Shown: positions 1 to 15,190 of the stretch, piece after piece
How the letters are laid out: every line of letters begins with the position of its first letter
How positions within the stretch are numbered: position 1 is the stretch's first letter
Origin: Escherichia coli
GTDB lineage: Bacteria; Pseudomonadota; Gammaproteobacteria; Enterobacterales; Enterobacteriaceae
Strand: one strand, 5' to 3'
DNA: 64,000 nt
NCBI RefSeq assembly: GCF_024502345.1
Contig: NZ_JALDNN010000001.1
The notes under the pieces: model-generated
Told to the model about the DNA's origin: nothing
Database searches by the model: none
The model's input: the letters and a program-made list of their open reading frames with translations, nothing else
Made by a program: the position numbers and the translations under genes

Positions 1-417
1 AGCGGCGGGATCTTCCACGATCTCTACTGCGTGTGGGGCGGTACGGATAAAATCGTCCCGGTGGATGTTTATATCCCTGGCTGCCCGCCAACGCCTGCTG
101 CCACGCTGTACGGCTTTGCAATGGCGCTCGGCCTGCTGGAGCAAAAAATTCACGCCCGTGGGCCGGGTGAGCAGGATGAACAACCGGCGGAGATCCTGCA
201 TGGCGATATGGTGCAGCCGCTGCGTGTGAAAGTGGATCGCGAAGCACGTCGACTGGCGGGTTATCGTTACGGTCGTCAGATTGCCGATGATTACCTTACA
301 CAGTTAGGGCAGGGCGAAGAACAGGTTGCACGCTGGCTGGAAGCGGAAAACGATCCGCGTCTGAACGAGATTGTCAGCCATCTGAATCATGTTGTTGAAG
401 AGGCGCGTATCCGATGA
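1..417 (+). CDS. hycG: Hydrogenase 3 small subunit HycG, 3-prime part (5-prime end outside window)
   Basis: Frame 1 is open from base 1 to the TGA at 415-417; translation matches the HycG C-terminus; followed by hycH and hycI. Confidence 0.85.
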   Translation, partial: SGGIFHDLYCVWGGTDKIVPVDVYIPGCPPTPAATLYGFAMALGLLEQKIHARGPGEQDEQPAEILHGDMVQPLRVKVDREARRLAGYRYGRQIADDYLTQLGQGEEQVARWLEAENDPRLNEIVSHLNHVVEEARIR

Positions 418-824
418 GTGAAAAGGTGGTGTTCAGTCAACTGAGCCGTAAATTTATTGATGAGAACGATGCCACGCCCGCCGAGGCGCAGCAGGTGGTC
501 TATTACAGCCTGGCGATTGGTCACCACCTTGGGGTTATCGATTGCCTGGAAGCGGCGCTCACCTGCCCGTGGGATGAATATCTGGCATGGATTGCCACTC
601 TGGAGGCGGGCAGCGAAGCCCGCCGCAAAATGGAAGGTGTGCCGAAATATGGTGAGATCGTCATCGACATTAACCATGTGCCGATGCTGGCCAATGCATT
701 CGATAAAGCCCGGGCAGCGCAAACTTCGCAGCAGAAGGAATGGAGTACAATGCTGTTAAGTATGCTGCATGATATTCATCAGGAAAACGCCATCTATTTG
801 ATGGTGAGGAGACTGCGTGACTGA
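414..824 (+). CDS. hycH: Formate hydrogenlyase maturation protein HycH
   Basis: 136-aa ORF overlapping the hycG stop, recognised as HycH. Confidence 0.85.
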   Translation: MSEKVVFSQLSRKFIDENDATPAEAQQVVYYSLAIGHHLGVIDCLEAALTCPWDEYLAWIATLEAGSEARRKMEGVPKYGEIVIDINHVPMLANAFDKARAAQTSQQKEWSTMLLSMLHDIHQENAIYLMVRRLRD

Positions 825-1287
825 CGTTTTACTCTGTGTTGGCAATAGCATGATGGGTGATGATGGCGCAGGCCCGCTGCTGGCGGAAAAGTGCGCCGCC
901 GCGCCGAAAGGCAACTGGGTGGTGATTGACGGCGGTAGTGCACCGGAAAACGACATCGTCGCCATCCGTGAACTGCGCCCTACGCGGTTACTGATTGTTG
1001 ACGCTACTGATATGGGGCTAAACCCCGGCGAAATCCGCATCATCGACCCGGATGATATCGCCGAGATGTTTATGATGACTACCCATAACATGCCGTTGAA
1101 CTACCTTATCGATCAGTTGAAAGAAGATATTGGCGAAGTGATTTTCCTCGGCATCCAGCCGGATATCGTCGGCTTTTACTACCCGATGACCCAGCCGATT
1201 AAAGATGCGGTTGAAACCGTTTATCAACGTCTGGAAGGCTGGGAAGGGAACGGCGGTTTCGCGCAGTTAGCGGTGGAAGAAGAGTAG
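817..1287 (+). CDS. hycI: Hydrogenase 3 maturation endopeptidase HycI
   Basis: 156-aa ORF recognised as HycI; operon context. Confidence 0.85.
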   Translation: MTDVLLCVGNSMMGDDGAGPLLAEKCAAAPKGNWVVIDGGSAPENDIVAIRELRPTRLLIVDATDMGLNPGEIRIIDPDDIAEMFMMTTHNMPLNYLIDQLKEDIGEVIFLGIQPDIVGFYYPMTQPIKDAVETVYQRLEGWEGNGGFAQLAVEEE

Positions 1288-1329
1288 TTTTTCAGTAAGG
1301 AATCAGGACAGGGATGTTCTTGATGAGGG

Positions 1330-1556
1330 AATCAGAACTGATAGCAAACGCCAGATTGCCCGATGCGCTGCGCTTATCGGGCCTACCTGGTTCGTGCGAC
1401 ACTAGGCCCGATAAGGCATTCATCACGCCGCATCCGGCGCGGTTACTAACTGATGCCAAACGCCAAATTGCCCGATACGCTACGCTTATCGGGCCTACCT
1501 GGTTCGTGCGACATGTAGGCCGGATAAGGCGTTCACGCCGCATCCGGCATGGTTAC
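1330..1556. repeat. REP/BIME palindromic element cluster
   Basis: Repeated GCC(G/T)GATGCGGCGTGAACGCCTTATCCGGCCTAC-type palindromes between convergent hycI and ascB. Confidence 0.7.
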
Positions 1557-4447
<2,891 letters not shown>

Positions 4448-4703
4448 CGGATTTTATCCTGTTATCAGTAGGGTAGATGTAGTTGTTATCAGTCGACGTG
4501 ACGGAAAAATGCCGATGCTGAAACGGAATTAAGAAACCGGTTTCACAAAATCATGAATAGTTGTCACCAAATAAGCAAGAGAGTTAATTGTTCATTTTTT
4601 ATATTTGTGAAACCGGTCACCTGAATATTTTTCCCGCCAATTGCGCAAGGACAATCGGTAAACGGTGCAGTACACTGCGTTGATTGCGTGTAAAGGGATG
4701 AAA

Positions 4704-5717
4704 ATGATGACGACGATGCTGGAAGTGGCGAAGCGCGCCGGGGTTTCAAAAGCGACCGTTTCCCGCGTGCTTTCAGGTAATGGCTACGTCAGCCAGGAGA
4801 CTAAAGATCGCGTGTTTCAGGCGGTAGAAGAGAGCGGTTACCGTCCAAACTTGCTGGCGCGCAATCTGTCGGCGAAGAGTACTCAGACGCTGGGGCTGGT
4901 AGTGACCAACACGCTTTACCACGGCATTTATTTTAGTGAATTACTCTTTCATGCCGCGCGAATGGCGGAAGAGAAAGGGCGGCAGTTGCTATTGGCAGAT
5001 GGTAAACACAGCGCCGAAGAAGAGCGCCAGGCGATTCAGTATCTGCTGGATTTGCGCTGCGACGCCATTATGATTTACCCGCGTTTTTTAAGCGTGGATG
5101 AGATCGATGACATTATTGACGCGCACAGTCAGCCGATAATGGTGCTTAATCGCCGCCTGCGCAAAAATAGCAGCCATAGCGTCTGGTGCGATCATAAACA
5201 GACCAGCTTTAATGCCGTGGCAGAGTTGATAAACGCCGGGCATCAGGAGATTGCTTTCCTTACCGGCTCGATGGATTCCCCCACCAGCATTGAACGTCTT
5301 GCCGGGTATAAAGACGCGCTGGCGCAGCATGGTATTGCGCTCAATGAAAAACTTATCGCTAACGGTAAATGGACGCCTGCCAGCGGGGCCGAAGGGGTAG
5401 AAATGTTGCTCGAACGTGGGGCTAAATTTAGCGCGTTAGTTGCCAGTAACGACGATATGGCGATAGGTGCGATGAAAGCGTTACACGAGCGCGGCGTAGC
5501 GGTGCCAGAGCAGGTGTCAGTTATCGGATTCGATGATATCGCAATTGCCCCCTATATCGTTCCGGCGCTCTCCAGCGTAAAAATTCCGGTGACTGAGATG
5601 ATTCAGGAAATTATTGGACGGCTGATTTTTATGCTCGATGGCGGGGATTTCTCACCGCCGAAAACCTTCAGCGGAAAACTGATCTGCCGCGACTCACTCA
5701 TTGCTCTTTCGCGATAA
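4704..5717 (+). CDS. ascG: LacI-family repressor AscG
   Basis: ORF 4665-5717; N-terminal HTH (MLEVAKRAGVSKATVSRVL); start ambiguous between Met codons at 4704 and 4707. Confidence 0.8.
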   Translation: MMTTMLEVAKRAGVSKATVSRVLSGNGYVSQETKDRVFQAVEESGYRPNLLARNLSAKSTQTLGLVVTNTLYHGIYFSELLFHAARMAEEKGRQLLLADGKHSAEEERQAIQYLLDLRCDAIMIYPRFLSVDEIDDIIDAHSQPIMVLNRRLRKNSSHSVWCDHKQTSFNAVAELINAGHQEIAFLTGSMDSPTSIERLAGYKDALAQHGIALNEKLIANGKWTPASGAEGVEMLLERGAKFSALVASNDDMAIGAMKALHERGVAVPEQVSVIGFDDIAIAPYIVPALSSVKIPVTEMIQEIIGRLIFMLDGGDFSPPKTFSGKLICRDSLIALSR

Positions 5718-5730
5718 ACATTGTCATCAC

Positions 5731-5766
5731 ATGTCATCGTCACTAGTGTCGATGACATCTTTTTTC
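5731..5766 (+). terminator. Rho-independent terminator downstream of ascG
   Basis: 28-bp near-perfect palindrome ATGTCATCGTCACTAGTGTCGATGACAT followed by a T-run. Confidence 0.6.
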
Positions 5767-5865
5767 CTGCATTACAGAAATTAATTTCCTTAAATAACAG
5801 CAAATTAAAAACTGGCATGATTTGTGAATGTATCGGCGCATTAACTGTCATTGCTGGAGAATTTG

Positions 5866-6393
5866 ATGAACCGTTTCATCATTGCTGACGCGAGTAAATG
5901 TATTGGTTGCCGTACCTGTGAAGTGGCGTGCGTGGTTTCTCATCAGGAAAATCAGGACTGTGCATCGCTGACCCCGGAAACATTTTTACCGCGTATCCAT
6001 GTCATTAAAGGTGTGAACATTTCCACGGCGACAGTTTGCCGTCAGTGTGAAGATGCACCGTGCGCTAACGTCTGCCCGAATGGTGCTATCAGCCGTGATA
6101 AAGGGTTTGTTCATGTGATGCAGGAACGTTGCATTGGTTGCAAAACCTGCGTTGTGGCTTGCCCGTATGGCGCGATGGAAGTGGTGGTACGTCCGGTGAT
6201 TCGCAACAGCGGCGCGGGGCTGAATGTACGGGCTGACAAAGCCGAAGCCAATAAATGCGACCTGTGCAACCATCGTGAAGACGGCCCGGCGTGTATGGCG
6301 GCTTGCCCGACCCATGCGCTAATTTGTGTCGATCGCAATAAACTTGAACAACTGAGCGCAGAAAAACGCCGCCGTACGGCGCTGATGTTCTAA
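5866..6393 (+). CDS. hydN: Fe-S electron-transport protein HydN
   Basis: ORF 5851-6393 with multiple CxxCxxCxxxCP ferredoxin motifs; start set at [12 protein letters not shown]. Confidence 0.85.
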   Translation: MNRFIIADASKCIGCRTCEVACVVSHQENQDCASLTPETFLPRIHVIKGVNISTATVCRQCEDAPCANVCPNGAISRDKGFVHVMQERCIGCKTCVVACPYGAMEVVVRPVIRNSGAGLNVRADKAEANKCDLCNHREDGPACMAACPTHALICVDRNKLEQLSAEKRRRTALMF

Positions 6394-6545
6394 AAATCTT
6401 ACAGAACTGTTCTGGCATCAAAGGAATTCCCGGAAATATTCGTAGAATACGGAGCGGGCGGTATCGCCGACCTGTGACTGCCGGATGCGACGCTGTCGTG
6501 TCCGGCTGGACGGGTTACGCAATTCATGATGGCGGGAATAACTCA

Positions 6546-8798
6546 ATGGCAAAAAACACATCTTGCGGTGTCCAACTGCGTATTCGTGGCAAAGTGCAGG
6601 GCGTCGGTTTTCGTCCGTTTGTCTGGCAGCTGGCACAGCAATTAAATCTTCACGGCGATGTCTGTAATGACGGCGATGGCGTAGAAGTCCGGCTGCGGGA
6701 AGACCCGGAAACGTTTCTTGTTCAATTGCATCAGCACTGCCCGCCGCTGGCGCGTATTGATAGCGTCGAGCGTGAGCCGTACATCTGGTCACAACTGCCC
6801 ACTGAGTTCACCATCCGCCAGAGCGCGGGAGGTGCCATGAATACGCAAATTGTTCCCGATGCCGCTACTTGCCCTGCTTGCCTTGCCGAAATGAATACCC
6901 CAGGCGAGCGGCGTTATCGTTATCCGTTTATCAACTGTACCCACTGCGGCCCGCGTTTCACCATTATTCGCGCCATGCCTTACGACCGCCCGTTTACCGT
7001 AATGGCGGCGTTTCCGCTGTGTCCAGCCTGTGATAAAGAGTACCGCGACCCGCTCGATCGTCGCTTCCACGCCCAGCCGGTGGCCTGCCCGGAGTGTGGC
7101 CCACATCTTGAATGGGTAAGTCATGGTGAACATGCGGAACAAGAGGCGGCATTACAGGCGGCTATCGCACAGTTAAAAATGGGCAACATTGTCGCCATCA
7201 AAGGGATTGGCGGATTTCATCTTGCCTGCGATGCACGTAACAGTAACGCGGTGGCGACACTTCGGGCGCGCAAACATCGCCCGGCGAAACCGCTGGCGGT
7301 CATGTTGCCAGTGGCTGACGGTTTACCAGACGCTGCGCGCCAGTTGCTTACCACGCCCGCTGCGCCGATTGTGCTGGTGGATAAAAAATACGTACCTGAG
7401 CTTTGTGATGATATCGCCCCTGGCCTTAACGAAGTCGGAGTGATGTTGCCTGCGAACCCGCTCCAGCATTTGCTGTTACAGGAACTGCAATGCCCTCTGG
7501 TGATGACCTCCGGCAACCTGAGCGGTAAACCACCGGCTATCAGCAACGAACAGGCGCTGGCGGATTTGCAGGGCATTGCCGACGGATTCTTGATACATAA
7601 CCGCGACATCGTGCAGCGGATGGATGATTCGGTGGTGCGCGAAAGCGGCGAAATGCTGCGCCGTTCGCGGGGGTATGTGCCGGATGCGCTGGCTTTGCCT
7701 CCGGGCTTTAAAAATGTTCCGCCTGTGCTGTGTCTCGGCGCGGATCTGAAAAATACCTTCTGCCTGGTGCGCGGTGAACAAGCGGTGTTGAGCCAGCATC
7801 TGGGCGATTTAAGTGACGATGGCATCCAGATGCAGTGGCGCGAAGCGTTACGCCTGATGCAAAACATCTACGATTTCACCCCGCAATACGTTGTGCATGA
7901 CGCGCATCCGGGCTATGTCTCCAGCCAGTGGGCGCGCGAAATGAATCTGCCGACACAAACGGTGCTTCATCATCATGCTCATGCGGCGGCGTGTCTGGCA
8001 GAGCATCAGTGGCCGCTGGATGGCGGTGATGTCATTGCGTTGACGCTCGACGGTATCGGTATGGGGGAGAACGGCGCTTTGTGGGGCGGCGAGTGCCTGC
8101 GGGTGAACTATCGCGAATGCCAGCACCTGGGCGGCTTGCCTGCAGTGGCGCTTCCGGGTGGCGATTTGGCGGCGAAGCAGCCGTGGCGAAACCTGCTGGC
8201 GCAGTGCCTGCGCTTTGTGCCGGAGTGGCAGAATTACTCTGAAACGGCAAGTGTGCAACAGCAAAACTGGAGCGTGCTGGCGCGGGCTATTGAGCGTGGA
8301 ATTAACGCGCCGCTGGCGTCATCGTGTGGGCGTTTGTTCGATGCTGTGGCGGCGGGACTGGGCTGTGCGCCAGCCACGTTAAGTTATGAAGGTGAAGCGG
8401 CTTGTGCTCTGGAGGCGCTCGCAGCCTCATGTGACGGAGTGACGCATCCGGTGACGATACCGCTGGTGGACAATCAACTGGATCTCGCCACTTTCTGGCA
8501 GCAGTGGCTGAACTGGCAGGCTTCGGTTAATCAACGCGCGTGGGCGTTTCATGATGCGCTGGCGCAGGGTTTTGCCGCGTTGATGCGTGAGCAGGCCACG
8601 ATGCGTGGTATCACTACGCTGGTATTTAGCGGCGGGGTTATTCATAACCGTTTGCTGCGTGCACGTCTGGCGCATTATCTCGCTGATTTCACATTGCTCT
8701 TTCCACAGAGTTTACCGGCGGGTGATGGCGGTTTGTCTTTGGGGCAGGGGGTTATTGCTGCGGCGCGTTGGTTAGCGGGTGAAGTCCAGAACGGATAA
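6546..8798 (+). CDS. hypF: Carbamoyltransferase HypF (hydrogenase maturation)
   Basis: ORF 6474-8798; start set at [24 protein letters not shown] (acylphosphatase domain), then Zn-finger CxxC pairs; 750 aa. Confidence 0.85.
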   Translation: MAKNTSCGVQLRIRGKVQGVGFRPFVWQLAQQLNLHGDVCNDGDGVEVRLREDPETFLVQLHQHCPPLARIDSVEREPYIWSQLPTEFTIRQSAGGAMNTQIVPDAATCPACLAEMNTPGERRYRYPFINCTHCGPRFTIIRAMPYDRPFTVMAAFPLCPACDKEYRDPLDRRFHAQPVACPECGPHLEWVSHGEHAEQEAALQAAIAQLKMGNIVAIKGIGGFHLACDARNSNAVATLRARKHRPAKPLAVMLPVADGLPDAARQLLTTPAAPIVLVDKKYVPELCDDIAPGLNEVGVMLPANPLQHLLLQELQCPLVMTSGNLSGKPPAISNEQALADLQGIADGFLIHNRDIVQRMDDSVVRESGEMLRRSRGYVPDALALPPGFKNVPPVLCLGADLKNTFCLVRGEQAVLSQHLGDLSDDGIQMQWREALRLMQNIYDFTPQYVVHDAHPGYVSSQWAREMNLPTQTVLHHHAHAAACLAEHQWPLDGGDVIALTLDGIGMGENGALWGGECLRVNYRECQHLGGLPAVALPGGDLAAKQPWRNLLAQCLRFVPEWQNYSETASVQQQNWSVLARAIERGINAPLASSCGRLFDAVAAGLGCAPATLSYEGEAACALEALAASCDGVTHPVTIPLVDNQLDLATFWQQWLNWQASVNQRAWAFHDALAQGFAALMREQATMRGITTLVFSGGVIHNRLLRARLAHYLADFTLLFPQSLPAGDGGLSLGQGVIAAARWLAGEVQNG

Positions 8799-8819
8799 AA
8801 CGTGTTGCATCTGAACACC

Positions 8820-9120
8820 ATTATTGCCGGATGCGGCATAAACGCCTTATCCGGCCTACACATGCGTCCCCGTAGGTCGGATAAGACGCGCCAGCGTCGC
8901 ATCCGACATTTTGGGCACAGTAGCTGTATGTGACATGAACGCATTATGTGACCAACACATGCGCTCCCCGTAGGTCGGATAAGACGCGTCAGCGTCGCAT
9001 CCGACATTTTGGGCACAGTAGCTGTATGTGACATGAACGCATTATGTGACCAACACATGCGCTCCCCCGTAGGTCGGATAAGACGCGCCAGCGTCGCATC
9101 CGACATTTTAGGCACAGTAG
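8820..9120. repeat. REP-containing tandem repeat array (about 98-bp unit, about 3 copies)
   Basis: The unit GTAGGTCGGATAAGACGCG...CGCATCCGACATTTTGGGCACAGTAGCTGTATGTGACATGAACGCATTATGTGACCAACACATGCGCTCCCC recurs starting at 8872, 8970 and 9069. Confidence 0.8.
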
Positions 9121-9125
9121 CCCAC

Positions 9126-10259
9126 CTACACCGTCAACATTTTCAACAATCCAAATGCCTCTTTCATCCGATCCTCACTGACCACAAAGGCGCGAAGCTG
9201 GTCAGCATCGTCAACGCCGCGCGCCACCATTCCCTGGCGTTCGGTATTAATTTGCCAGCGTAAATCCTGACGCTGGGTTTCGCCTGCCAGATGCAGCGGT
9301 AATTCCGGCGTTTTGATTTTCACCAGCATCGCCGGGAGTTTCAGTGGCGTGTTATTGCCGAGAAGATTTTTTGCCAGCACCATCGCGCTAAGTTGAATCG
9401 GCTGGAGGAACGGCAATACCTGACCGTTAATTTCCGCGCAATCGCCCAGCGCGTAAATATCGGTATTACTGGTTTGCAGATAACTATCGACGCAAACGCT
9501 GCGATTAATCGTCAGCCCGGCGCGTCGTGCCAGGGCGGTTTCCGGGCGCAGTCCGGTGGCGGCAATTACCGCATCCACTTCGATGCTACGCTGGCGGTCC
9601 AGCGTTGCCAGAATGCCAGAATCCGTTTTTTCCAGCCCCTGTAACTGAGATTTCAACAGCAGATGAACGCCCATCTCCGTCAACCGATGCTGCAAGCGGC
9701 TGCTTACTTCCGGTGGCATTAACGACGCCAGAATACTGGCAGCGTTGTCGATTAGCGTGACCGCTTTGCCTGCACGACAAAAATCCATCGCCAGTTCGCT
9801 ACCAATCAAACCACCGCCAACAATCAACACGCGTCGGGCATCCCGCAGTTGCGTTTCACAGGCGCGATACTCTTGCTGACTATTTAACGTCAGCATTAAC
9901 TCACGCCCAGGCACAGGCGGGACAAAGGCACTGGCACCGGTTGCCAGTACTAGCTTGTCGTATTGCCACTGATTATTCTGGCTTTTCACCACACGGGCTT
10001 CGGCATCGATATCCGTCACCCAGGTTTGTGGAAACAGGTGCAGATTAAACTGCTCGGCAAATTCACCCGCCGTCTGGCGGGTAAGGTCATCGGCACGTTG
10101 CCCCTGACTGATAACATGGCTGAGGTCAGGTTTGTTGTACTCATCCATGCTGTCGGCGGCAATCAGGGTTAATGGAATAGTGGCGTCCTGTTTGCGAATA
10201 TTTTTCACCAGTTGGCGGGCGGCGAAGCCCGAACCGATGATCACAATGCCGTTACTCAT
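9126..10259 (-). CDS. norW: NADH:flavorubredoxin reductase NorW
   Basis: 377-aa FAD/NAD(P)-binding ORF (GSGFAA Rossmann motif), overlapping the norV stop. Confidence 0.9.
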   Translation of the reverse strand: MSNGIVIIGSGFAARQLVKNIRKQDATIPLTLIAADSMDEYNKPDLSHVISQGQRADDLTRQTAGEFAEQFNLHLFPQTWVTDIDAEARVVKSQNNQWQYDKLVLATGASAFVPPVPGRELMLTLNSQQEYRACETQLRDARRVLIVGGGLIGSELAMDFCRAGKAVTLIDNAASILASLMPPEVSSRLQHRLTEMGVHLLLKSQLQGLEKTDSGILATLDRQRSIEVDAVIAATGLRPETALARRAGLTINRSVCVDSYLQTSNTDIYALGDCAEINGQVLPFLQPIQLSAMVLAKNLLGNNTPLKLPAMLVKIKTPELPLHLAGETQRQDLRWQINTERQGMVARGVDDADQLRAFVVSEDRMKEAFGLLKMLTV

Positions 10260-11695
10260 TTTGCCTCCGATGCCAGTTCGTCAAAGACGTCTTTGCCGAG
10301 GGAGCATTCCGGGCAGAGGAAGTTATCCGGGACTTCACTCCACGGCGTTCCTGGCGCAACGTCCTGCATTGGCTCGCCTTTTGCCGGATCGTAAATCCAC
10401 TGGCAGACGCTGCACTGCATTCGTGGGCCGAGGTCAGCCGTCGTCGTGGCAGAGGTTTCTTCTTTAACTACCGTATTCACCGTGCTCTGCGGCAGCGGCG
10501 CGAGCGCCCACTGACGGGCGATTTCGCGACCGTGTTCACGGCATAACTCCAGAGCGTCCTGGTCTGGTCGCCATTTGGCTTTCAGGCTGAGCGACATTTC
10601 GAAACCCGCATCCTGCAGGCGCGTGGAAAGGCGATCCACCGCACCGCCGCTCCAGCCGTGAGAGCCGAAAGCACTGGCGCGTTTGTTACGGAAGCGTAAT
10701 CCGGTCATCTCCTCCACCAGCCCGGCGATTTTCGGCATCATCACGTTATTCATCGTCGAAGTGCCGACCAGCACGCCTTTTGAGCGGAAGACATTGGTCA
10801 GGATTTCGTTTTTATCGCTTCGGGCGACGTTGAAAATTTTCACCGCCACGCGTGGGTCGGTTTCCGCAATCCCCTGGGCGATAGCGTCAGCCATCATGCG
10901 GGTGTTATTCGACATGGTGTCGTAGAAAATGGTGATTCTGTCTTCCTGATAATCAGCGGCCCACTTCAGGTACAGCTCGACAATTTGCGTCGGGTTATCG
11001 CGCCAGACCACGCCGTGGGAGGTCGCTATCATATCGACTGGTAAGTTAAAGCCCAGGATCTCGGTAATTTTCGGCGTTACCAGGCGGCTGAACGGCGTCA
11101 GGATATTGGCGTAGTAACGCTGGCACTGCTCGAAAAGCTCCGTCTGATCCACTTCATCGTTGAACAGATGCTCGTCGCAGTAGTGCTGACCGAAAGCATC
11201 GTTACTGAACAGCACCGCGTCGCCTGTCAGGTAAGTCATCATGCTGTCCGGCCAGTGCAGCATTGGCGTTTCGACAAAAATGAGCTGTTTGCCGTTGCCG
11301 ATATCCAGCGTGTCACCAGTTTTCACCACATTAAAATTCCACTCCGGATGATGGTGATGACCATTTATCGAGTCGATAGCGTTGGCAGTACAGTAAATCG
11401 GCGTATCGGGAATTTGCGCCATCAGTTCGGTCAGCGCCCCAGCGTGGTCCTCTTCTGCATGGTTAATCACGATGTAATCGATATCCGCCAGATCGATTTC
11501 ATTACGCAGGTTCTGCACAAATTCGCGGCTGAATTTATGGTCGACGGTGTCGATCAGCACGTTTTTTTCTTCGCGGATGAGGTAGCTGTTGTAACTGCTG
11601 CCGCGCAGCGTTTTATATTCCGTACCGTGAAAATCACGCACTTCCCAGTCACGTTGACCAACCCAATGAATGTTATTTTTCACCACAATAGACAT
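10256..11695 (-). CDS. norV: Anaerobic nitric oxide reductase flavorubredoxin NorV
   Basis: 479-aa ORF with metallo-beta-lactamase-like, flavodoxin and C-terminal rubredoxin (CxxC...CPxC) regions. Confidence 0.9.
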   Translation of the reverse strand: MSIVVKNNIHWVGQRDWEVRDFHGTEYKTLRGSSYNSYLIREEKNVLIDTVDHKFSREFVQNLRNEIDLADIDYIVINHAEEDHAGALTELMAQIPDTPIYCTANAIDSINGHHHHPEWNFNVVKTGDTLDIGNGKQLIFVETPMLHWPDSMMTYLTGDAVLFSNDAFGQHYCDEHLFNDEVDQTELFEQCQRYYANILTPFSRLVTPKITEILGFNLPVDMIATSHGVVWRDNPTQIVELYLKWAADYQEDRITIFYDTMSNNTRMMADAIAQGIAETDPRVAVKIFNVARSDKNEILTNVFRSKGVLVGTSTMNNVMMPKIAGLVEEMTGLRFRNKRASAFGSHGWSGGAVDRLSTRLQDAGFEMSLSLKAKWRPDQDALELCREHGREIARQWALAPLPQSTVNTVVKEETSATTTADLGPRMQCSVCQWIYDPAKGEPMQDVAPGTPWSEVPDNFLCPECSLGKDVFDELASEAK

Positions 11696-11740
11696 AGCAA
11701 CCTCAATTTATTCAGCGTGTTCTAAAAAGATGTCTTGCTA

Positions 11741-11758
11741 ATTGCAGATTACGTGCCA
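11741..11758 (-). promoter_or_regulatory. sigma54 (-24/-12) promoter of norVW
   Basis: Reverse complement reads TGGCAC-GTAAT-CTGCA, matching the TGGCAC-N5-TTGCA consensus about 45 bp upstream of the norV start. Confidence 0.75.
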
Positions 11759-11813
11759 GTTTTTTATCTGATTGTTTTTACTCTATAAATAAAATTATGC
11801 TCATTAATGAGTA

Positions 11814-11869
11814 GTCAAAATGACTATCAATCAAATGGTCGATATGACAATATCTATAGTCAAATTGAC
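11814..11869. promoter_or_regulatory. Three NorR enhancer-binding sites (GT-N7-AC)
   Basis: GTCAAAATGAC (11814-11824), GTCGATATGAC (11838-11848), GTCAAATTGAC (11859-11869) in the norR-norV divergent region. Confidence 0.75.
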
Positions 11870-11881
11870 AGTGAGGCAAAG

Positions 11882-13396
11882 ATGAGTTTTTCCGTTGATG
11901 TGCTGGCGAATATCGCCATCGAATTGCAGCGTGGGATTGGTCATCAGGATCGTTTTCAGCGCCTGATCACCACGCTACGTCAGGTGCTGGAGTGCGATGC
12001 GTCTGCGTTGCTACGTTACGATTCGCGGCAGTTTATTCCGCTTGCCATCGACGGTCTGGCAAAGGATGTACTCGGTAGACGCTTTGCGCTGGAAGGGCAT
12101 CCACGGCTGGAAGCGATTGCCCGCGCCGGGGATGTGGTGCGCTTTCCCGCAGACAGCGAATTGCCCGATCCCTATGACGGTTTGATTCCTGGGCAGGAGA
12201 GTCTGAAGGTTCACGCCTGCGTTGGTCTGCCATTGTTTGCCGGGCAAAACCTGATCGGCGCACTGACGCTCGACGGGATGCAGCCCGATCAGTTCGATGT
12301 TTTCAGCGACGAAGAGCTACGGCTGATTGCTGCGCTGGCGGCGGGAGCGTTAAGCAATGCGTTGCTGATTGAACAACTGGAAAGCCAGAATATGATGCCA
12401 GGCGATGCCACGCCGTTTGAAGCGGTGAAACAGACGCAGATGATTGGCTTGTCCCCTGGCATGACGCAACTGAAAAAAGAGATTGAGATTGTGGCGGCGT
12501 CCGATCTCAACGTCCTGATCAGCGGTGAGACGGGAACCGGTAAGGAGCTGGTGGCGAAAGCGATTCATGAAGCCTCGCCACGGGCGGTGAATCCGCTGGT
12601 CTATCTCAACTGTGCCGCACTGCCGGAAAGTGTGGCGGAAAGTGAGTTGTTCGGGCATGTGAAAGGAGCGTTTACTGGCGCTATCAGTAACCGCAGCGGG
12701 AAGTTTGAAATGGCGGATAACGGCACTCTGTTTCTGGATGAGATCGGCGAGTTGTCGTTGGCATTGCAGGCCAAGCTGCTGAGGGTGTTGCAGTATGGCG
12801 ATATTCAGCGCGTTGGCGATGACCGTAGTTTGCGGGTCGATGTGCGCGTGCTGGCGGCGACTAACCGCGACTTACGCGAAGAGGTGCTGGCAGGGCGATT
12901 TCGCGCTGACTTGTTTCATCGCCTGAGCGTGTTTCCACTTTCGGTGCCGCCGCTGCGTGAGCGGGGCGATGATGTCATTCTGCTGGCGGGGTATTTCTGC
13001 GAGCAGTGTCGTTTGCGGCTGGGGCTCTCCCGCGTGGTATTAAGTGCCGGAGCGCGAAATTTACTGCAACACTATCGTTTTCCGGGGAACGTGCGCGAAC
13101 TGGAACATGCTATTCATCGGGCGGTAGTGCTGGCGAGAGCCACCCGCAACGGCGATGAAGTGATTCTTGAGGCGCAACATTTTGCTTTTCCTGAGGTGAC
13201 GTTGCCGCCGCCAGAAGCGGCGGCGGTGCCCGTTGTTAAGCAAAACCTGCGTGAAGCGACAGAAGCGTTCCAGCGTGAAACCATTCGCCAGGCACTGGCA
13301 CAAAATCATCACAACTGGGCTGCCTGCGCGCGGATGCTGGAAACCGACGTCGCCAACCTGCATCGGCTGGCGAAACGTCTGGGATTGAAGGATTAA
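11882..13396 (+). CDS. norR: NO-responsive sigma54 activator NorR
   Basis: ORF 11807-13396; AAA+ sigma54-interaction motifs ([14 protein letters not shown]-like); start set at [12 protein letters not shown] so the NorR sites lie upstream; 504 aa. Confidence 0.85.
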   Translation: MSFSVDVLANIAIELQRGIGHQDRFQRLITTLRQVLECDASALLRYDSRQFIPLAIDGLAKDVLGRRFALEGHPRLEAIARAGDVVRFPADSELPDPYDGLIPGQESLKVHACVGLPLFAGQNLIGALTLDGMQPDQFDVFSDEELRLIAALAAGALSNALLIEQLESQNMMPGDATPFEAVKQTQMIGLSPGMTQLKKEIEIVAASDLNVLISGETGTGKELVAKAIHEASPRAVNPLVYLNCAALPESVAESELFGHVKGAFTGAISNRSGKFEMADNGTLFLDEIGELSLALQAKLLRVLQYGDIQRVGDDRSLRVDVRVLAATNRDLREEVLAGRFRADLFHRLSVFPLSVPPLRERGDDVILLAGYFCEQCRLRLGLSRVVLSAGARNLLQHYRFPGNVRELEHAIHRAVVLARATRNGDEVILEAQHFAFPEVTLPPPEAAAVPVVKQNLREATEAFQRETIRQALAQNHHNWAACARMLETDVANLHRLAKRLGLKD

Positions 13397-14358
13397 ATAA
13401 TCCCGGCCTGATAGAAATCCTGCAGGTTAATTGCGCCGGTGAGTTTGCCGTTTTCATCCACCACCGGTGCGGCAGTGATTTTGCGCTTCATCAGGATCTC
13501 TTTGGCGTCGATGGCGCGACTTTGCGCCTGTAACGTGGTGCCGCCTGTCGTCATCGCTTCATTAACTGGCGTGGTGAGTGCCCCGCCGCCTACCAGCCAG
13601 CGACGTAAATCGCCGTCGGTAAAGACGCCTTGTACCTGTTGTTGAGCGTCACATACCGCCACCAGCCCCAGACCGGTGCGGCTGAGTTCCAGCATCGCAT
13701 CCATCACGCTGGCGGTTAACGCCACCTGTGGGATGGCATCGTCACGGCGCATCAGATGATGCACTTTATTCAGCAAGCGAGCGCCCAGTGCCCCGGCTGG
13801 GTGGGAGCGGGCAAAATCTTCTTCATTAAATCCGCGCGCCTGCATGACCGCCATCGCCAGCGCGTCACCCATCATCAGGGTATTGACGGTGCTGGAGGTC
13901 GGCGCAAGGTGCATCGGGCAGGCTTCGCGTTCTACGGAGATATCCAGCACCGCTTTTGCCGCCAGGCCCAGCGGTGACGTCGGTTTGCCGGTCATCGCCA
14001 GCAGCGCGATAGATTTATCTTCCAGACGCGGAATAATCAGATCCAGTTCCTTCGCGCCACCGGAGTAAGAGATAAACAGCATCACATCGCGGCTTTCAAT
14101 CATCCCCAGATCGCCGTGCAGTGCTTCTGCCGGATGGACAAAAAAAGCCGGTGTGCCGGTACTGGCAAGTGTTGCGGCGATTTTCTTACCAATGTGGCCC
14201 GATTTGCCAATTCCCGAAACCACCACTTTGCCTTCGCAGTGCAGGATGATATTGGCGGCGCGAACAAAATCATCGCCCAGACGTTCCGGTAAACGGCTTG
14301 CTTCCTGCAACTCCAGCATTAACGTCTGACGTCCCGCGTTCAGTAGTGCTTCACTCAT
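13393..14358 (-). CDS. gutQ: Arabinose-5-phosphate isomerase GutQ (SIS + CBS)
   Basis: 321-aa ORF recognised as GutQ; last gene of the sorbitol operon. Confidence 0.85.
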   Translation of the reverse strand: MSEALLNAGRQTLMLELQEASRLPERLGDDFVRAANIILHCEGKVVVSGIGKSGHIGKKIAATLASTGTPAFFVHPAEALHGDLGMIESRDVMLFISYSGGAKELDLIIPRLEDKSIALLAMTGKPTSPLGLAAKAVLDISVEREACPMHLAPTSSTVNTLMMGDALAMAVMQARGFNEEDFARSHPAGALGARLLNKVHHLMRRDDAIPQVALTASVMDAMLELSRTGLGLVAVCDAQQQVQGVFTDGDLRRWLVGGGALTTPVNEAMTTGGTTLQAQSRAIDAKEILMKRKITAAPVVDENGKLTGAINLQDFYQAGII

Positions 14359-15124
14359 TGCTCTCTCCGGTTATGATCACATCGATCCCTTTCTCTTCCA
14401 GCGCCTGACGAAACGCCGGATCGATACCTGCGTCGGTAATCAGCTTATCGACGCTTTCAAGACTGCAAACTACGTTGGGGCTTTTACGGCCAAACTTTGA
14501 TGAGTCCGCCATCAAAATCACTTCGCGCGCGGCATTGCACATTGCCTTACTGACGGTATAAACCTCGTTGAAGGTGGTTACGCCCGCATTGAGATCGATG
14601 CCGTCGGTGCCCATAAACAATTTATCGAAACTGAAATGTTCGAAGGCATTCTCTGCCAGCTGTCCGTGAAATGAGGCCGATTTTTTACGAAACGTTCCGC
14701 CTGGCATCAGGATAGTTTGTTCGTTATCCAGTTCGGATAGCGCATTGACGATATGCAGGCTGTTGGTCATCACCGTGATGTTATTAAAGCGCGAGAGCAG
14801 GGGAACCATCTGCAAAACGGTACTGCCAGCATCAAGAATGATCGAATCGCCATCATGGATAAAACTAACGGCAGCTTCTGCAATCAGCTCTTTCTTGTGG
14901 GTGTTGATGAGTGTTTTATGATCGATAGGCGGATCGGATTCCTCTTTATTCAACACCACTCCGCCATAAGTACGAATGACGGTTCCGGCATGTTCCAGAA
15001 TGACCAGATCTTTGCGAATGGTTGTGCCTGTGGTGTCAAAGTATTGCGCCAATTCTTCAACCGAGCATTTACCCTGCTTTTGCAGATACTCCAGAATGGC
15101 GGCCTGACGCTGACGAGGTTTCAT
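14351..15124 (-). CDS. srlR: DeoR-family sorbitol operon repressor SrlR
   Basis: 257-aa ORF with N-terminal HTH; gut operon context. Confidence 0.85.
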   Translation of the reverse strand: MKPRQRQAAILEYLQKQGKCSVEELAQYFDTTGTTIRKDLVILEHAGTVIRTYGGVVLNKEESDPPIDHKTLINTHKKELIAEAAVSFIHDGDSIILDAGSTVLQMVPLLSRFNNITVMTNSLHIVNALSELDNEQTILMPGGTFRKKSASFHGQLAENAFEHFSFDKLFMGTDGIDLNAGVTTFNEVYTVSKAMCNAAREVILMADSSKFGRKSPNVVCSLESVDKLITDAGIDPAFRQALEEKGIDVIITGESNE

Positions 15125-15190
15125 GGGCGTGATTACCTGATTTAGGTTTCAAAATGATAACTTCGCAAGCAAGTAACATTCACAACGAAA

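Noticed and set aside
5780-5865. Possible sigma54 promoter (TGGCAT...) upstream of hydN
   Set aside because: The GG and GC dinucleotides are not at the required 10-bp spacing (CTGGCATGATTTGTGAA), so I could not support a -24/-12 promoter from the sequence.
8675-9115. 146-aa ORF and possible CRISPR-like repeat array between hypF and norW
   Set aside because: The repeats are about 98-bp REP-containing units with no unique spacers; the ORF translation is internally repetitive (PKMSDATLARLIRPTG twice) because it reads through the tandem repeats.
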